A DNA stretch of 60,527 nucleotides, the filler included, from an uncultured Myxococcia bacterium (lineage in GTDB: Bacteria; CAZTWC01), in assembly GCA_964617105.1 (NCBI GenBank). It is 33 parts of 33 records of this genome, joined end to end, with 100 filler letters (N's around TTAATTAATTAA, not from the genome) between each part and the next. Parts side by side here need not be neighbours in the genome. Positions count along the whole stretch, not along the records: positions 33,169 to 34,898 come from CAZTWC010000474.1; positions 34,999 to 36,727 come from CAZTWC010000475.1; positions 36,828 to 38,550 come from CAZTWC010000476.1; positions 38,651 to 40,335 come from CAZTWC010000477.1; positions 40,436 to 42,097 come from CAZTWC010000478.1; positions 42,198 to 43,856 come from CAZTWC010000479.1; 27 more parts are not named here. One strand, written 5' to 3'. This document shows positions 33,069-42,700 of this stretch, piece after piece. The notes beneath the pieces are model-generated. The model saw only the letters and a list, made by a program, of their open reading frames with translations, did no database searches and was not told the DNA's origin. Each line of letters starts with the position of its first letter. Position 1 is the first letter of the stretch. A program made the translations under genes and the position numbers.

Positions 33069-33199
33069 NNNNNNNNNNNNNNNNNNNNNNNNNNNNNNNN
33101 NNNNNNNNNNNNTTAATTAATTAANNNNNNNNNNNNNNNNNNNNNNNNNNNNNNNNNNNNNNNNNNNNTCAAAGGAAGTGAAATTTTCTGCCAAAACGC

Positions 33200-33320
33200 A
33201 AAAAAAAGGTCGCAGATGTCGTTTGGCTGCTGGATGTAACTATGCGTGATTACGAGAGCCGAAATTTCATAAAGGTCGCAGAACACTCCTTCTGCGACCT
33301 TTATGGTATGCTCTAGATGG
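33200..33320 (+). repeat. 121-bp AAAGGTCGCAGA element, copy 2
   Basis: About 87% identical to the reverse complement of 4866-4986. Confidence 0.9.
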
Positions 33321-33514
33321 TCAATAATTACATGGAGATAAGTTGAGTTTTAAGTGTTTTTTAATGAGTCGACCGGTAAAAACCGGACACCTCAAATTTC
33401 GGTTTTGTTGACTGCAACTACAAATTATCGGGAAGACAATCCCCTGTCATTTAGGATGGAAAAATTGGCTGATCTAAACAAAATGCACTTGATCAAAAAC
33501 TCCTGGTTATTTTC

Positions 33515-33649
33515 TGGTGGTGGGCAGCCCTGGACAGGAGGTGCTGCCCTGAGTGCTCAGCCCGGCATGGGCAGGTGTATGAGGTTGGTAAGGTGAAGGC
33601 GCCCGGGATTCATCCCAGGTGCAGGTGTTCGATCTTTGCCGTGGTTTAA
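33515..33649 (+). pseudogene. Remnant of a phage minor head protein (Mu gpF/SPP1 gp7) C-terminus
   Basis: WWAALDRRCCPECSARHGQVY...IHPRCRC; in-frame stop at 33470 and no start codon; about 89% nt identity to 41965-42075. Confidence 0.8.
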
Positions 33650-33834
33650 CTTCTAGCCTTTTCAGATGGTTTATGAACGATATGCCGAGTCATATAATCT
33701 CGTAAAACACGGTTAATTTTTGATTGATACTTTCCTTTGCCGGATTTAAACCAGGACAATACATCGGGATCAGTCAGATCCACTTCCTTATTTTTAAGCG
33801 CTTTTATTTCAGATATAATTTTTTCGGTTGGCAT
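33646..33834 (-). pseudogene. BrnA-like antitoxin, apparently internally deleted and orphan
   Basis: DPDVLSWFKS...YQSKINRVLRDYM; no brnT on the contig. Confidence 0.65.
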
Positions 33835-33860
33835 AGTTTACACAGGAACATAATGAGAAA

Positions 33861-34211
33861 TTATAGAAACACCCGATAGTCTACATCGAGTGCTTTAGCT
33901 AATTTTTTGGCCCTTTCTTTACCAATAGAACGTTTGCCATTTTCCATTTCAGAAATATGTCGTTGAGGGATGCTGGTTAAATTCGATAGTTGTCTTTGGG
34001 TCAATTCTTCACGATACCTAGCCCCAGCCAGAGCGACACCTGGCAATTGTTTCCTTGTGTATGGGAATGCTTCGCGCCAGGGAACAGAATCAGAAGTATC
34101 AATAAAACCTAGATGTTTTAAAACCTCAATGGCCTTGGTTTGGTTTGATGCAGGCCCTAAAAAATGTAATTCGACATTTTCAATAGGGTGCTTTTTCGTG
34201 AGTTCCGGCAT
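33861..34211 (-). CDS. XRE-family HTH antitoxin
   Basis: LAGARYREELTQRQLS...ISEMENGKRSIGKERAKKLAKAL. Confidence 0.85.
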   Translation of the reverse strand: MPELTKKHPIENVELHFLGPASNQTKAIEVLKHLGFIDTSDSVPWREAFPYTRKQLPGVALAGARYREELTQRQLSNLTSIPQRHISEMENGKRSIGKERAKKLAKALDVDYRVFL

Positions 34212-34459
34212 AAGTCACCTCGACAAATTTTATTTGACTGTTTTTTTCTTCCCAAACAGCAACCCAAGTTGGTTGCCCTTTTTTTAAATGACAATGATGT
34301 TTGTTTGCCCCTAATTTACTATAGTTAGGCCAATTACCTCTAATTGGCCCATTTACTTCAATTTCCAACATTAAAAGAACTAATTTTTTTTCTAACTTTA
34401 TCCGGAAGAATTGGTACTGCTTTAACTGCTTTTTTTGATAATTCTACGATCCAAGCCAT
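34180..34459 (-). pseudogene. RelE-like toxin with a frameshift in an A8 tract
   Basis: MAWIVELSKKAVK...DKVRKK joins LVLLMLEIEVNGP.RGNWPNYSKL...HHCHLK...YAGTHEKAPY only if the run at 34384-34391 is A7. Confidence 0.75.
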
Positions 34460-34465
34460 ATTTAA

Positions 34466-34493
34466 ATGATACCTGTTTTGGGTATATTGTCAA
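34466..34493 (-). promoter_or_regulatory. Promoter/operator of the relE-xre operon, probably leaderless
   Basis: TTGACA-16 bp-TATCAT with the ATACC-N7-GGTAT palindrome; ATG lies 6 nt after the -10. Confidence 0.6.
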
Positions 34494-34998
34494 GATAAAA
34501 ATATTAATAATAGCCCTTATATGGTTGAGTTATCCTTAAGCAACAATGTCGTGTGGCATTACCATTCAAGAAATTCATCAGATGAAATCAGTATTAAAAC
34601 AAGCCGGAAAGTTGGTAGCCAAAACCGACAACCCACTTTTCGGCTTTAAGAGAAAGAGAGAGATATTGGCCCAAAAATGCGTGAAATGTGAGGAAATTGG
34701 TGTCTGTTTGCTCTCCGGCTCCGGCGGGCGCATTTGTTTCGCGCATCTCGAAAAACCTTAGATATCCCGCACTTATACGGCACAAACAAAAAAACTCGCT
34801 GCCCGGCCACATTGGCTGGAGAGCGAGTTTTAGAGACAATGCCGTTTTTTTCTACTTATACCACACCCCCGCCGAAACCGGCAAACACTATCTCGAAANN
34901 NNNNNNNNNNNNNNNNNNNNNNNNNNNNNNNNNNNNNNNNNNTTAATTAATTAANNNNNNNNNNNNNNNNNNNNNNNNNNNNNNNNNNNNNNNNNNNN

Positions 34999-35910
34999 AC
35001 TGTCACAATCGTTATCGATTCCTTCACAAATCTCCTGAATCGAATCAAACCCTTCATCAGTTTCACCATCGCAATCATTATCCAAACCATCGCACAACTC
35101 TTCTGTGCCCTGGGGCGGCTCAACATTACAGTGCGGCTCCGCTGTGGAGCCATCACAGACCAGTTTTCCTTTGGTTAGACATTCACCCATTCCAACTTGG
35201 CAATCTTCTCCCACTTTGAAACTCTCATCAGTCTGGCCATCAAAATCATCATCAGTGTTGTCACAGGTGTCTTTGAGTTGTTCCAAAGTGACCGGAATCC
35301 TGGTTACTGCACCACCTTCCGGTTTAACTATTAAAGTGCCGCTGTATTTTTGTCCCTCTTTCAGTTGTGAACGCGTGACAGTTATTTTGATAATATCTGA
35401 GTCACTGGCGGCTATCTCTCCGTTTTTCTTGTCCAGAGAGAGCCAATCAAGATTTTCACTGTCGATTTCATAACTTAGCAGTTCCGTACTGCCGTTGGTA
35501 ATTGTCAAAGAGCGTTCTGAATCCCTGGAACCAAAGTCTATGCTGGTCTCTGCTACCACAGCGGTAGCTTTCTGCTTTTCCATAAAAATAGTGGAGAGGG
35601 TGTTTTTCCCTTCAGAGGCAGTAACCTTTACCTGACCGTTTTTAAACCCCAACTTGGTGGCTGTCACCGTATATGTCTCTCCCGCTTTAACATTCTTGGT
35701 GATTAAAAACTTGCCCTCACTGTCGGTTTTGACCGATTCGGTAACCGGCTCAGTGGTTATTTGGGCGTTTTCAATAGGTTTTTCATCACCTTTGGACATT
35801 ACTATCCCCGAAATCGTGGTGCTCACAGTATCTTCAGCAGTTTCTGGTCCTGTACAACCAGTAAGAGCAAACGTGATAATAAGCAGCAGAGAAAGAACAA
35901 CCTTTTTCAT
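34999..35910 (-). CDS. Lipoprotein with carboxypeptidase-regulatory-like, BACON-like and CDGxDNDCDG repeat domains (3' partial)
   Basis: LTGC lipobox; CDGLDNDCDGETDEG repeats. Confidence 0.75.
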
Positions 35911-36013
35911 TACAAGTCCTCCGTTAAAATTATATTATCCTTAAGATTTCATAACTAAAAATAGTGCCCAAATCATTATCAGAAAGGGCTAAATTCCATA
36001 TTTTTAAACAGTC

Positions 36014-36727
36014 CTAAAAGTCAAACCGGGCCACCACCATTCCTCCATCGGAAGTCGGGCTATAGGCCAGGTGCAGTAAGTCATCGGAAATGACAGCATC
36101 TACCAAATTGTAGGTATAAAAAGTGATGGCGGCGGCGGCTGTTCCGAGAAAAACTCCATAAGCCAGCCTGGCCCGATCATTGTAAAAATCTCTGTTTGAT
36201 TGTTTGGTAGAGATAGTCGCCTTATTGGAAGCATCATTGTGAATCAGTATGGAGGCAATGGCAGCAGGGACCAAAATTACCTCTCCAGCAATTATCGCCC
36301 AGGCCCTGGTGTCGTGTCCTTTGAGAAACTGGGCCCAACCAGGCGCAATGGCAGAGCGGCCCAAATAATAAAAAGCCCCTGGTGGCTCTTGGGGGTTCTC
36401 TTTTGGCACCCGGATTAACGTGTAGGCCCGATACACCATAGTGCCGTTTTGGTTGATTGTCTCGGTGTGGTTCTCCACCTGGGAGAGGCCTGATATCTCG
36501 GTTGAGGTGCCTTTTACATTGATGTCCTCTGTGACCCGGGCGATAAACTCGTGCTGCCCCTCTGCCGACACAGTGGCCTCTTTGGAGGAGGTCAACTTTG
36601 CAGTGACTTTAATCTTTTTGCTCTGCACAGCACTGCTGATAGCGCTTGATACAGCCAGTTTTTTAGCCTTGGTGAGACGCATCAGGCTAATTGATGGAAA
36701 GGTATTTATGTTAATTGATGGAGAGAA
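36014..36727 (-). CDS. Hypothetical envelope/membrane protein (5' partial)
   Basis: Long ORF with RSAIAPGWAQF and two hydrophobic helices. Confidence 0.55.
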   Translation of the reverse strand, partial: FSPSININTFPSISLMRLTKAKKLAVSSAISSAVQSKKIKVTAKLTSSKEATVSAEGQHEFIARVTEDINVKGTSTEISGLSQVENHTETINQNGTMVYRAYTLIRVPKENPQEPPGAFYYLGRSAIAPGWAQFLKGHDTRAWAIIAGEVILVPAAIASILIHNDASNKATISTKQSNRDFYNDRARLAYGVFLGTAAAAITFYTYNLVDAVISDDLLHLAYSPTSDGGMVVARFDF

Positions 36728-36827
36728 NNNNNNNNNNNNNNNNNNNNNNNNNNNNNNNNNNNNNNNNNNNNTTAATTAATTAANNNNNNNNNNNNNNNNN
36801 NNNNNNNNNNNNNNNNNNNNNNNNNNN

Positions 36828-37791
36828 CAACTAAATCCCTGATAAGTTCGTTAGCACTGGTGTTGATCCAATAGGTCTGAAATCCATCCCATGGACTTGA
36901 AACAAAATTGATAATAGACCAGGGATTATAAATGACATCTTGGCCAAAACAATAGCCATTATACCAACGGCTCACTTTTTCTTTATGGTCTTTCAGGCTA
37001 AAATCAGCAAGAATTGTATTTACTTCCTCTTCAGTCAAGCCAAACCAGTTGGAAAAATAATTGGAAAGTAATGTAAAAGTATCAAGATTATTTAATCCTG
37101 TAAAAATGGACTCTTTAGAGATTCGCAAAGTGCCAGTTACTACCCCTTTTTCCAGATAACGATTGTCTTTTAGGCCACCGGAGAAAAGATTTCTCAAAAA
37201 ACTCATTACCTTTTCATAGTAACCCTTTAAGTAACCAATGTGAATCGGGGTATCATATTCATCGATTAACAGAAAAGGTCTGGTTTTGAAATGGGTAGCC
37301 AGGCATTCCGTTAAAAGAGACAAAGAATTCTCAAAATCAACCTCGCTACCCTTGTTTTCCAGCAAATTTAGCAAATGCCTTTTGTCATATTTGTTCAGCA
37401 AATCACTTTTTAATAAATAGTCATGCCTTATTATCTCTTTTTGCAGAACAGATTTGATATGTTGCAAACACTGTTCCCAGTTGTCTTTTTTTACATCCTT
37501 AAAAGTCAAAAAGACCACCTGATGCTTTCCCTGTCGTTCTCTGTATTTTTCACCCGCCTGCCAAATGTCCAAATTTTCAAAGAGTTTATGACCATCTTTT
37601 TCATGGCAATCGAAAAAATAGCGCAGCATGGATAAATTGATAGTCTTGCCGAACCGCCGGGGCCGGGGAAATAAAAGAACCTTGGAACTGCTATCAATTA
37701 TTTCTTTGATAAACAGCGATTTGTCGATGTAGTAATAATCTGTTTCGATTAATTCTTTAAAATCGGATATGCCAATGGGAAGTTGTTTCAT
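36828..37791 (-). CDS. AAA-ATPase-like family protein (members usually end in a PD-(D/E)xK domain; 3' partial)
   Basis: LPIGISDF, YYIDKS, RPRRFGKT, LIDEYDTP, WYNGY, IYNPWS. Confidence 0.9.
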
Positions 37792-37831
37792 GGTATTTTT
37801 TCTCGGCTCTGTAATGATTACTGATAAATGT

Positions 37832-38026
37832 TTAAAAATTCCCCCCGACCGGCTTTGAGACTTTTTAAAAAAACCCTACCACAAGCCGGGAGGAAGGTTG
37901 TTCTTTGTCCAATCCCAGCCGGTCAAAATGACCCGGGACGGACGGGACAGGAGAGCTGGTCAATGCCTTGGTGCACGGAGGCGGAGTCCGTAAACGCCGC
38001 CTATCTGGCTGTTGCATTGAATTCAA
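37832..38026 (-). ncRNA. Structured DGR 3' spacer RNA of cassette 1
   Basis: Directly downstream of TR1; stems covary with the spacer at 50785-50962. Confidence 0.65.
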
Positions 38027-38162
38027 AATCCGAAAACCCAAGTTGTTGTTGCGGTTGCCGGGCGAGTTGTTGTTACGATTCGCCGAATACCATTCTGGCA
38101 CGATCGCGACAGTTCTGGGCGTTGTTGTTCCAGTTGCCCCCGCGTTTAACCCGGTTAGAGCC
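38027..38162 (-). mobile_element. DGR template repeat TR1 (FGE/CLec type), with a 19-nt insertion
   Basis: GSNRVKRGGNWNNNAQNCR[+19 nt]SANRNNNSPGNRNNNLGFR with Asn almost all AAC; downstream of avd. Confidence 0.88.
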
Positions 38163-38218
38163 ACTTTTTGCCCCTGGCCTGATTCAATTGTCAATAGTCA
38201 ACCAATAATTGTCAATTG

Positions 38219-38407
38219 TTATTTTAATATTTCTTTTTGTCTGGAATATCTGGCTTCGATTATCCCTTCGATGATATCCAGAGCCAGGTTGTCTATCCGG
38301 CTGGTGAGGGTAAACCTGATATTTTTGGGCATTTTTTCGGTTTTTTGCAGCAGCCAGTTTAAAAAGTCATACCAAAGGACAAAGAGAGGAGGATCGGGCA
38401 TACTCAT
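38219..38407 (-). pseudogene. avd: DGR accessory variability determinant Avd, truncated at 62 aa
   Basis: LFVLWYDFLNWLLQKTEKMPKNIRFTLTSRIDNLALDIIEGIIEARYS, immediately upstream of the TR. Confidence 0.8.
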
Positions 38408-38650
38408 TTGGGTTCAACCTCAGTTTCTGTCTCTGCTTCACTATTTTTTTCACCATTTTTACCACTGCCATCGTTACTAACATATTGCTTGATAGGGGGC
38501 AAACAACTGCTTGACATAATCTATACATATATGATACTATTTATTCATATNNNNNNNNNNNNNNNNNNNNNNNNNNNNNNNNNNNNNNNNNNNNTTAATT
38601 AATTAANNNNNNNNNNNNNNNNNNNNNNNNNNNNNNNNNNNNNNNNNNNN

Positions 38651-38925
38651 ACAACTCTTCTGGCTGGAAAAATGACATAATAGCAGTCAATGGTTTTGAT
38701 GAGCGCATGCAATATGGAGGGGAGGATAGAGAATTAGGTGAACGGTTAAAAAACAATGGTATCAAGGGCAAACAAATAAGGCATAGGGCTATTTGTTTGC
38801 ACCTTGATCATAAAAAAAATTATATCACCATTGAAGGTCTAAAAAAAAATAATACCATTAGAAGTTTTACCAAGCGCAATAAAGTCACATTTTCTCCTTA
38901 TGGTATCGATATCAATTCAAATTAA
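38651..38925 (+). CDS. Glycosyltransferase C-terminus (5' partial)
   Basis: IIAVNGFDERMQYGGEDRELGERL...HLDH. Confidence 0.8.
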
Positions 38926-38985
38926 ATTATTCGTTAACCTTTAATTTGACGAGAACTACTGGATGGCTATCAGAATAGTAGTATT

Positions 38986-39063
38986 TGTACCTCCCAAAAA
39001 CTCATCCAGACCACAAGTGTAGAACATTTCCTGACATCCAGTAACAAATATTCCTTCCAGATT
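38986..39063. mobile_element. IS-like terminus, copy 2
   Basis: Similar to 29306-29384. Confidence 0.55.
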
Positions 39064-39261
39064 TAGTGATTCTGTTGTAGAATATAAAGAGGTGAAGGGG
39101 ATAGCCGGCTCTTTAAGCAGCAATAAAGCAGTAAGATTTTATTTTGGACGGACTACTCCACTCACAACAAAATCGTTTTTAACCCAAAAGCCAGTTCTTT
39201 GACAACCAAATATCAGGCATCTGCTTTCTTCTTCTCTTGCCAGGTGTAACTGTGGTATTTT

Positions 39262-40200
39262 TTGCAGAACTACTTGTCGGAACATGTGGTTGATCACCTG
39301 GATTTAACCACGGTGAAGTTGGAAAAAGAAACGTTTATAGACCAGCAATTGAGAGAGGTCCGCTCAGATCTGCTGTTCAAATTGAGGTTAAAAGACGGAA
39401 TAAAAGCGTCTATTTATGTTTTGTTTGAACATAAGAGTTATCCTGAGCCATTGATATCCCTGGATATTTTGCGATACATGGTTCGAATTTGGGACCAGTG
39501 GTTAAAACAAGATAAATCCCTGACACTGTTGCCCCTGATAATACCCTTAGTTCTCTATCACGGGCAGAGAAAATGGAAAATATCTCGGGATTTTTCCGGA
39601 TTGATTACTGATAGTGACAAGTTTGGTGACTTTATCCCCAATTTTCGTTATTCACTCTGCGATTTATCTGACTATACAGATGAGGAAATCAGGAAAGGAG
39701 AGAAGATTCTTCAGGGAGCGTTACTAACACTGAAATATTCCCGCAACCAGCGAATAAAAGAGAAGTTGCCTGGTATTTTAGATTTATATATCGATATTTA
39801 TGAGACTTCCAGAGGTCGGGTGGCACTTTATTCATTATTGCACTACCTGATTCGGGGGACTGATAAAATACAGAAAGAAGACCTTAAACATGCCCTTAGT
39901 GAAGTATTTAAGGACAAAGGAGATGATGTTATGGCCACATTAGCGGAGCAAATAGCAGAGCCTTTAGTCACAGAAAGACTGCAAGAAAAAAAGCCTATTT
40001 GGATACAAAAAGGGATGCAGCAGGGGATAATCCAGGATGCCCAGGAGGGCATTATAGACATTATCGAGGCCCGGTTCGATCGTGTTCCCGATTACCTGAT
40101 TAAAAAGAGAAACTCGATTACCGAGATCGACTTGCTAAAGCATCTTCGCCGAGTAGCAGCAACGATTTCCTCGGTTTCTGAGTTTGAAAAACAACTGTAA
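39262..40200 (+). pseudogene. Rpn family nuclease lacking its first ~26 aa; internal RpnS start intact at 39931
   Basis: Paralog of 28185-29192 without the NPHD N-terminus (in-frame TAA at 39247); AAGGAGA then ATG MATLAEQ. Confidence 0.75.
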
Positions 40201-40435
40201 ACCCCGCCACATTCCCACCTAAAATCCTCACATTTTCGCCAGGTCGATCACCTGTCGATCACCCGAAACCTATCTTTAATGAAGTTGGTCTTACCACTGC
40301 CGCTTCTTCCAAAAACCGCAATATGCTGCACCATTNNNNNNNNNNNNNNNNNNNNNNNNNNNNNNNNNNNNNNNNNNNNTTAATTAATTAANNNNNNNNN
40401 NNNNNNNNNNNNNNNNNNNNNNNNNNNNNNNNNNN

Positions 40436-40781
40436 TCGGAGCACTAAAGAGAAGATGGCACCCCGGGTTTACGATGCGATGATTGCAGGAGTCGAATCTC
40501 AAATAAAGGAACTTCAAGATCAGTTGTTGGAATATGACCAATTAGCTAATAAATCAAAGTTAAATCTACGTTCATTCGAAGACCTTCCACAAGTATTGAT
40601 AAAGGCTCGAATTGCCAAGGGGCACACTCAGAAAAGCCTGGCTGAAAAACTAAAAATGAAACCCCAACAAATTCAAAAATATGAAGCAACATTCTATGAA
40701 TCAGTAAGTTGGAAAAGAATTTGTTTAATCTTAAAAGCACTTGATGTGGACCTTAAGGGGTATCTCCCTCTGAAGAGTTGA
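40436..40781 (+). CDS. XRE-family HTH protein (5' partial)
   Basis: LIKARIAKGHTQKSLAEKL.MKPQQIQKYEA. Confidence 0.8.
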
Positions 40782-40835
40782 ACTGAAATACTCAACTTAA
40801 GGTGTGACTGATATACAACAGCACCGGCAACGTGG

Positions 40836-41246
40836 ATGAAGAACTGGAGGTTCAAATTTACCAATCTCATACACCCGCCCATCAGCCGTTCAGCAATCGA
40901 TATCACCCTACATCGCCTGCTAAAAAAAGGAACTCTTCGGCGCGTCATTCGGGGAATATATGATTACCCAAAATATAGCGAAACTCTTAAAACAGTTTTG
41001 AGCCCGGATTCTGACCAGGTCGCTCAGGCCCTGGTCCGCAGATTTGGATGGCGTATTCAATTCACCGGGTCAACTGCATTGAATATATTGGGGCTGTCAA
41101 CTCAAGTTCCAGCACGCATTGTCTATTTATCTGATGGCCCTTTGACATTACGACCGCTGGGTTGGCGGCGATGTGGAAAAATAATTTTGGAGAATGTGAG
41201 GTCGCAGAAGAAAAAAAGTGTTCTTGTGGAAAATCCCAAAAACTAA
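40836..41246 (+). pseudogene. DUF6088/AbiEi-like antitoxin fragment
   Basis: SRSAIDITLHRL..KGTLRRVIRGIYDYP...ALNILGLSTQVPARIVYLSDGP; both ends look non-native. Confidence 0.65.
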
Positions 41247-41252
41247 AAACAA

Positions 41253-41287
41253 TTGACAAGACACGCCTATTGGTGTATCATACCAAT
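41253..41287 (+). promoter_or_regulatory. Promoter with overlapping operator palindrome
   Basis: TTGACA-17 bp-TATCAT; ATTGGT-N7-ACCAAT spans the -10. Confidence 0.7.
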
Positions 41288-41291
41288 AGTT

Positions 41292-41594
41292 ATGAAGGCA
41301 GAATTACTAAAGCACGATAAAATTACTGATGAATTAGGAAACACGGTTGAAATCAAACTCTGGAAAGTGCCAATTTCGGCAAAGCAACCGCATGGGATTA
41401 AATACTCACTGGTTTATATTGTAGGTGGCGAGCGAATAATCGGCTATGACAACGCCGAGGGCAAAGGCAACCACATCCACTATGAAACAGAACAAATACC
41501 CTATGAATTTAAGAACCTTTTAAAGTTAGCAGAAGATTTTTTTAGAGATGTCAAAAAATATAAAGGGGAAGGTGATGAAAACAAAAAAGGTTAA
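41292..41594 (+). CDS. DUF6516 family putative toxin
   Basis: LWKVP...PHGIKYSLVYI...IGYDNAEGKGNHIH. Confidence 0.75.
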   Translation: MKAELLKHDKITDELGNTVEIKLWKVPISAKQPHGIKYSLVYIVGGERIIGYDNAEGKGNHIHYETEQIPYEFKNLLKLAEDFFRDVKKYKGEGDENKKG

Positions 41595-41940
41595 AATCGG
41601 CATTAAAGACCTTGACCAGTCTCTAAAAGAATTTGTAGCGGTTGGCGAAGCCATCCAAACAGGAGATGCGGTTAAAAAAACTGAAGGTGTTTACTTTACC
41701 AGTTTTGAGGCATTTCGAAAGGCACTGACTAAAAAACGGCTGGAGTTGATGCACATTATCAAGACTCAAAAACCATCATCGATAAATCAACTGGCCCGAC
41801 TGGCTAACCGCAATATTAAAAATGTTGCCGATGATGTCAAGTATCTTTGCCAAATGGGACTTGTTGAACGAGAAGAGACCAAAAATGAGGTCTCTCCCAC
41901 GGTCACTTATGACTCTCTTGTGTTGGAAATAGCAATTTAA
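41575..41940 (+). CDS. HVO_A0114-like HTH putative antitoxin
   Basis: F.SFEAFRKALT.KRLEL...PSSINQLARLANRNIKNV.DDV. Confidence 0.75.
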   Translation: MKTKKVKIGIKDLDQSLKEFVAVGEAIQTGDAVKKTEGVYFTSFEAFRKALTKKRLELMHIIKTQKPSSINQLARLANRNIKNVADDVKYLCQMGLVEREETKNEVSPTVTYDSLVLEIAI

Positions 41941-42095
41941 TTGACTTCATAACTAAACAGACTGCACCTGCACCGGGGATGCCTCGGCGGCGCCTCCACC
42001 CTATCAACCTCATACACCTGCCCATGCCGGGCTGAGCACTCAGGGCAGCAACGCCTGTCCAGGGCCGCCCACCACTTGACTTTCTTGACCCCGGC
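41937..42095 (-). CDS. Phage minor head protein (Mu gpF) C-terminus (5' partial)
   Basis: AGVKKVKWWAALDRRCCPECSARHGQVYEVDRVEAPPRHPRCRCSL. Confidence 0.85.
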   Translation of the reverse strand, partial: AGVKKVKWWAALDRRCCPECSARHGQVYEVDRVEAPPRHPRCRCSLFSYEVN

Positions 42096-42197
42096 CTNNN
42101 NNNNNNNNNNNNNNNNNNNNNNNNNNNNNNNNNNNNNNNNNTTAATTAATTAANNNNNNNNNNNNNNNNNNNNNNNNNNNNNNNNNNNNNNNNNNNN

Positions 42198-42460
42198 TCA
42201 GGATAGGCGGTAAGGATAATAAATTGACATGGATCCAGGTAGTTTTCCTGAAAATAGTTGTAGAAATCTTCACCCGTCATACCTGGCATCTGGTAATCAA
42301 GGATAACCAGTTGAAAGGGAAACTTCTTGATGCCGGTAAATTTCTGAAAAAACTCCTCTGGTGAAGCTATGGTTTCAACATTGTATCCAGACTTGACCAG
42401 AGATCGTTTTAAAAATTTTCTTATAAATTGATCATCATCAACTACTAATATATCTTTCAT
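42198..42460 (-). CDS. Response regulator receiver (3' partial)
   Basis: ILVVDDD, ILDYQMP, LTAY. Confidence 0.85.
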
Positions 42461-42483
42461 TTTTTATATCTCTTCCTCATATA

Positions 42484-42594
42484 ACCCCTTGAAATATTAG
42501 CGTTAGATATTTCTTAAGTATAATCTATTACTTGATCAATTGCAACTCTGAATTGCTTTAATGGCAATTTCATCCTAATGATATTTCAAGGGGT
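42484..42594. mobile_element. Candidate 111-bp MITE
   Basis: Perfect 14-bp inverted repeats ACCCCTTGAAATAT with ATA on both flanks. Confidence 0.4.
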
Positions 42595-42700
42595 ATACAT
42601 GACGGTTTCGTAAAAAGTCAAAACACAGAAAATTGAGCAGAGCATATTGTGCCCAGGTAGTTTGCGGACACAGCAGGTGGTGTGGAAAAATAAATTGTTC

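Noticed and set aside
33517-33627. 111-bp GC-rich repeat with hairpins (also 41965-42075) as a novel ncRNA
   Set aside because: It translates to the MuF motif W.A.LD.R.C..C..RHG.VY...HP.CRC, so the conservation is explained by coding
40249-40335. Minus-strand Walker A fragment QHIAVFGRSGSGKTN (HerA/VirB4-like)
   Set aside because: Under 30 codons before a stop at a contig edge; too short to assign
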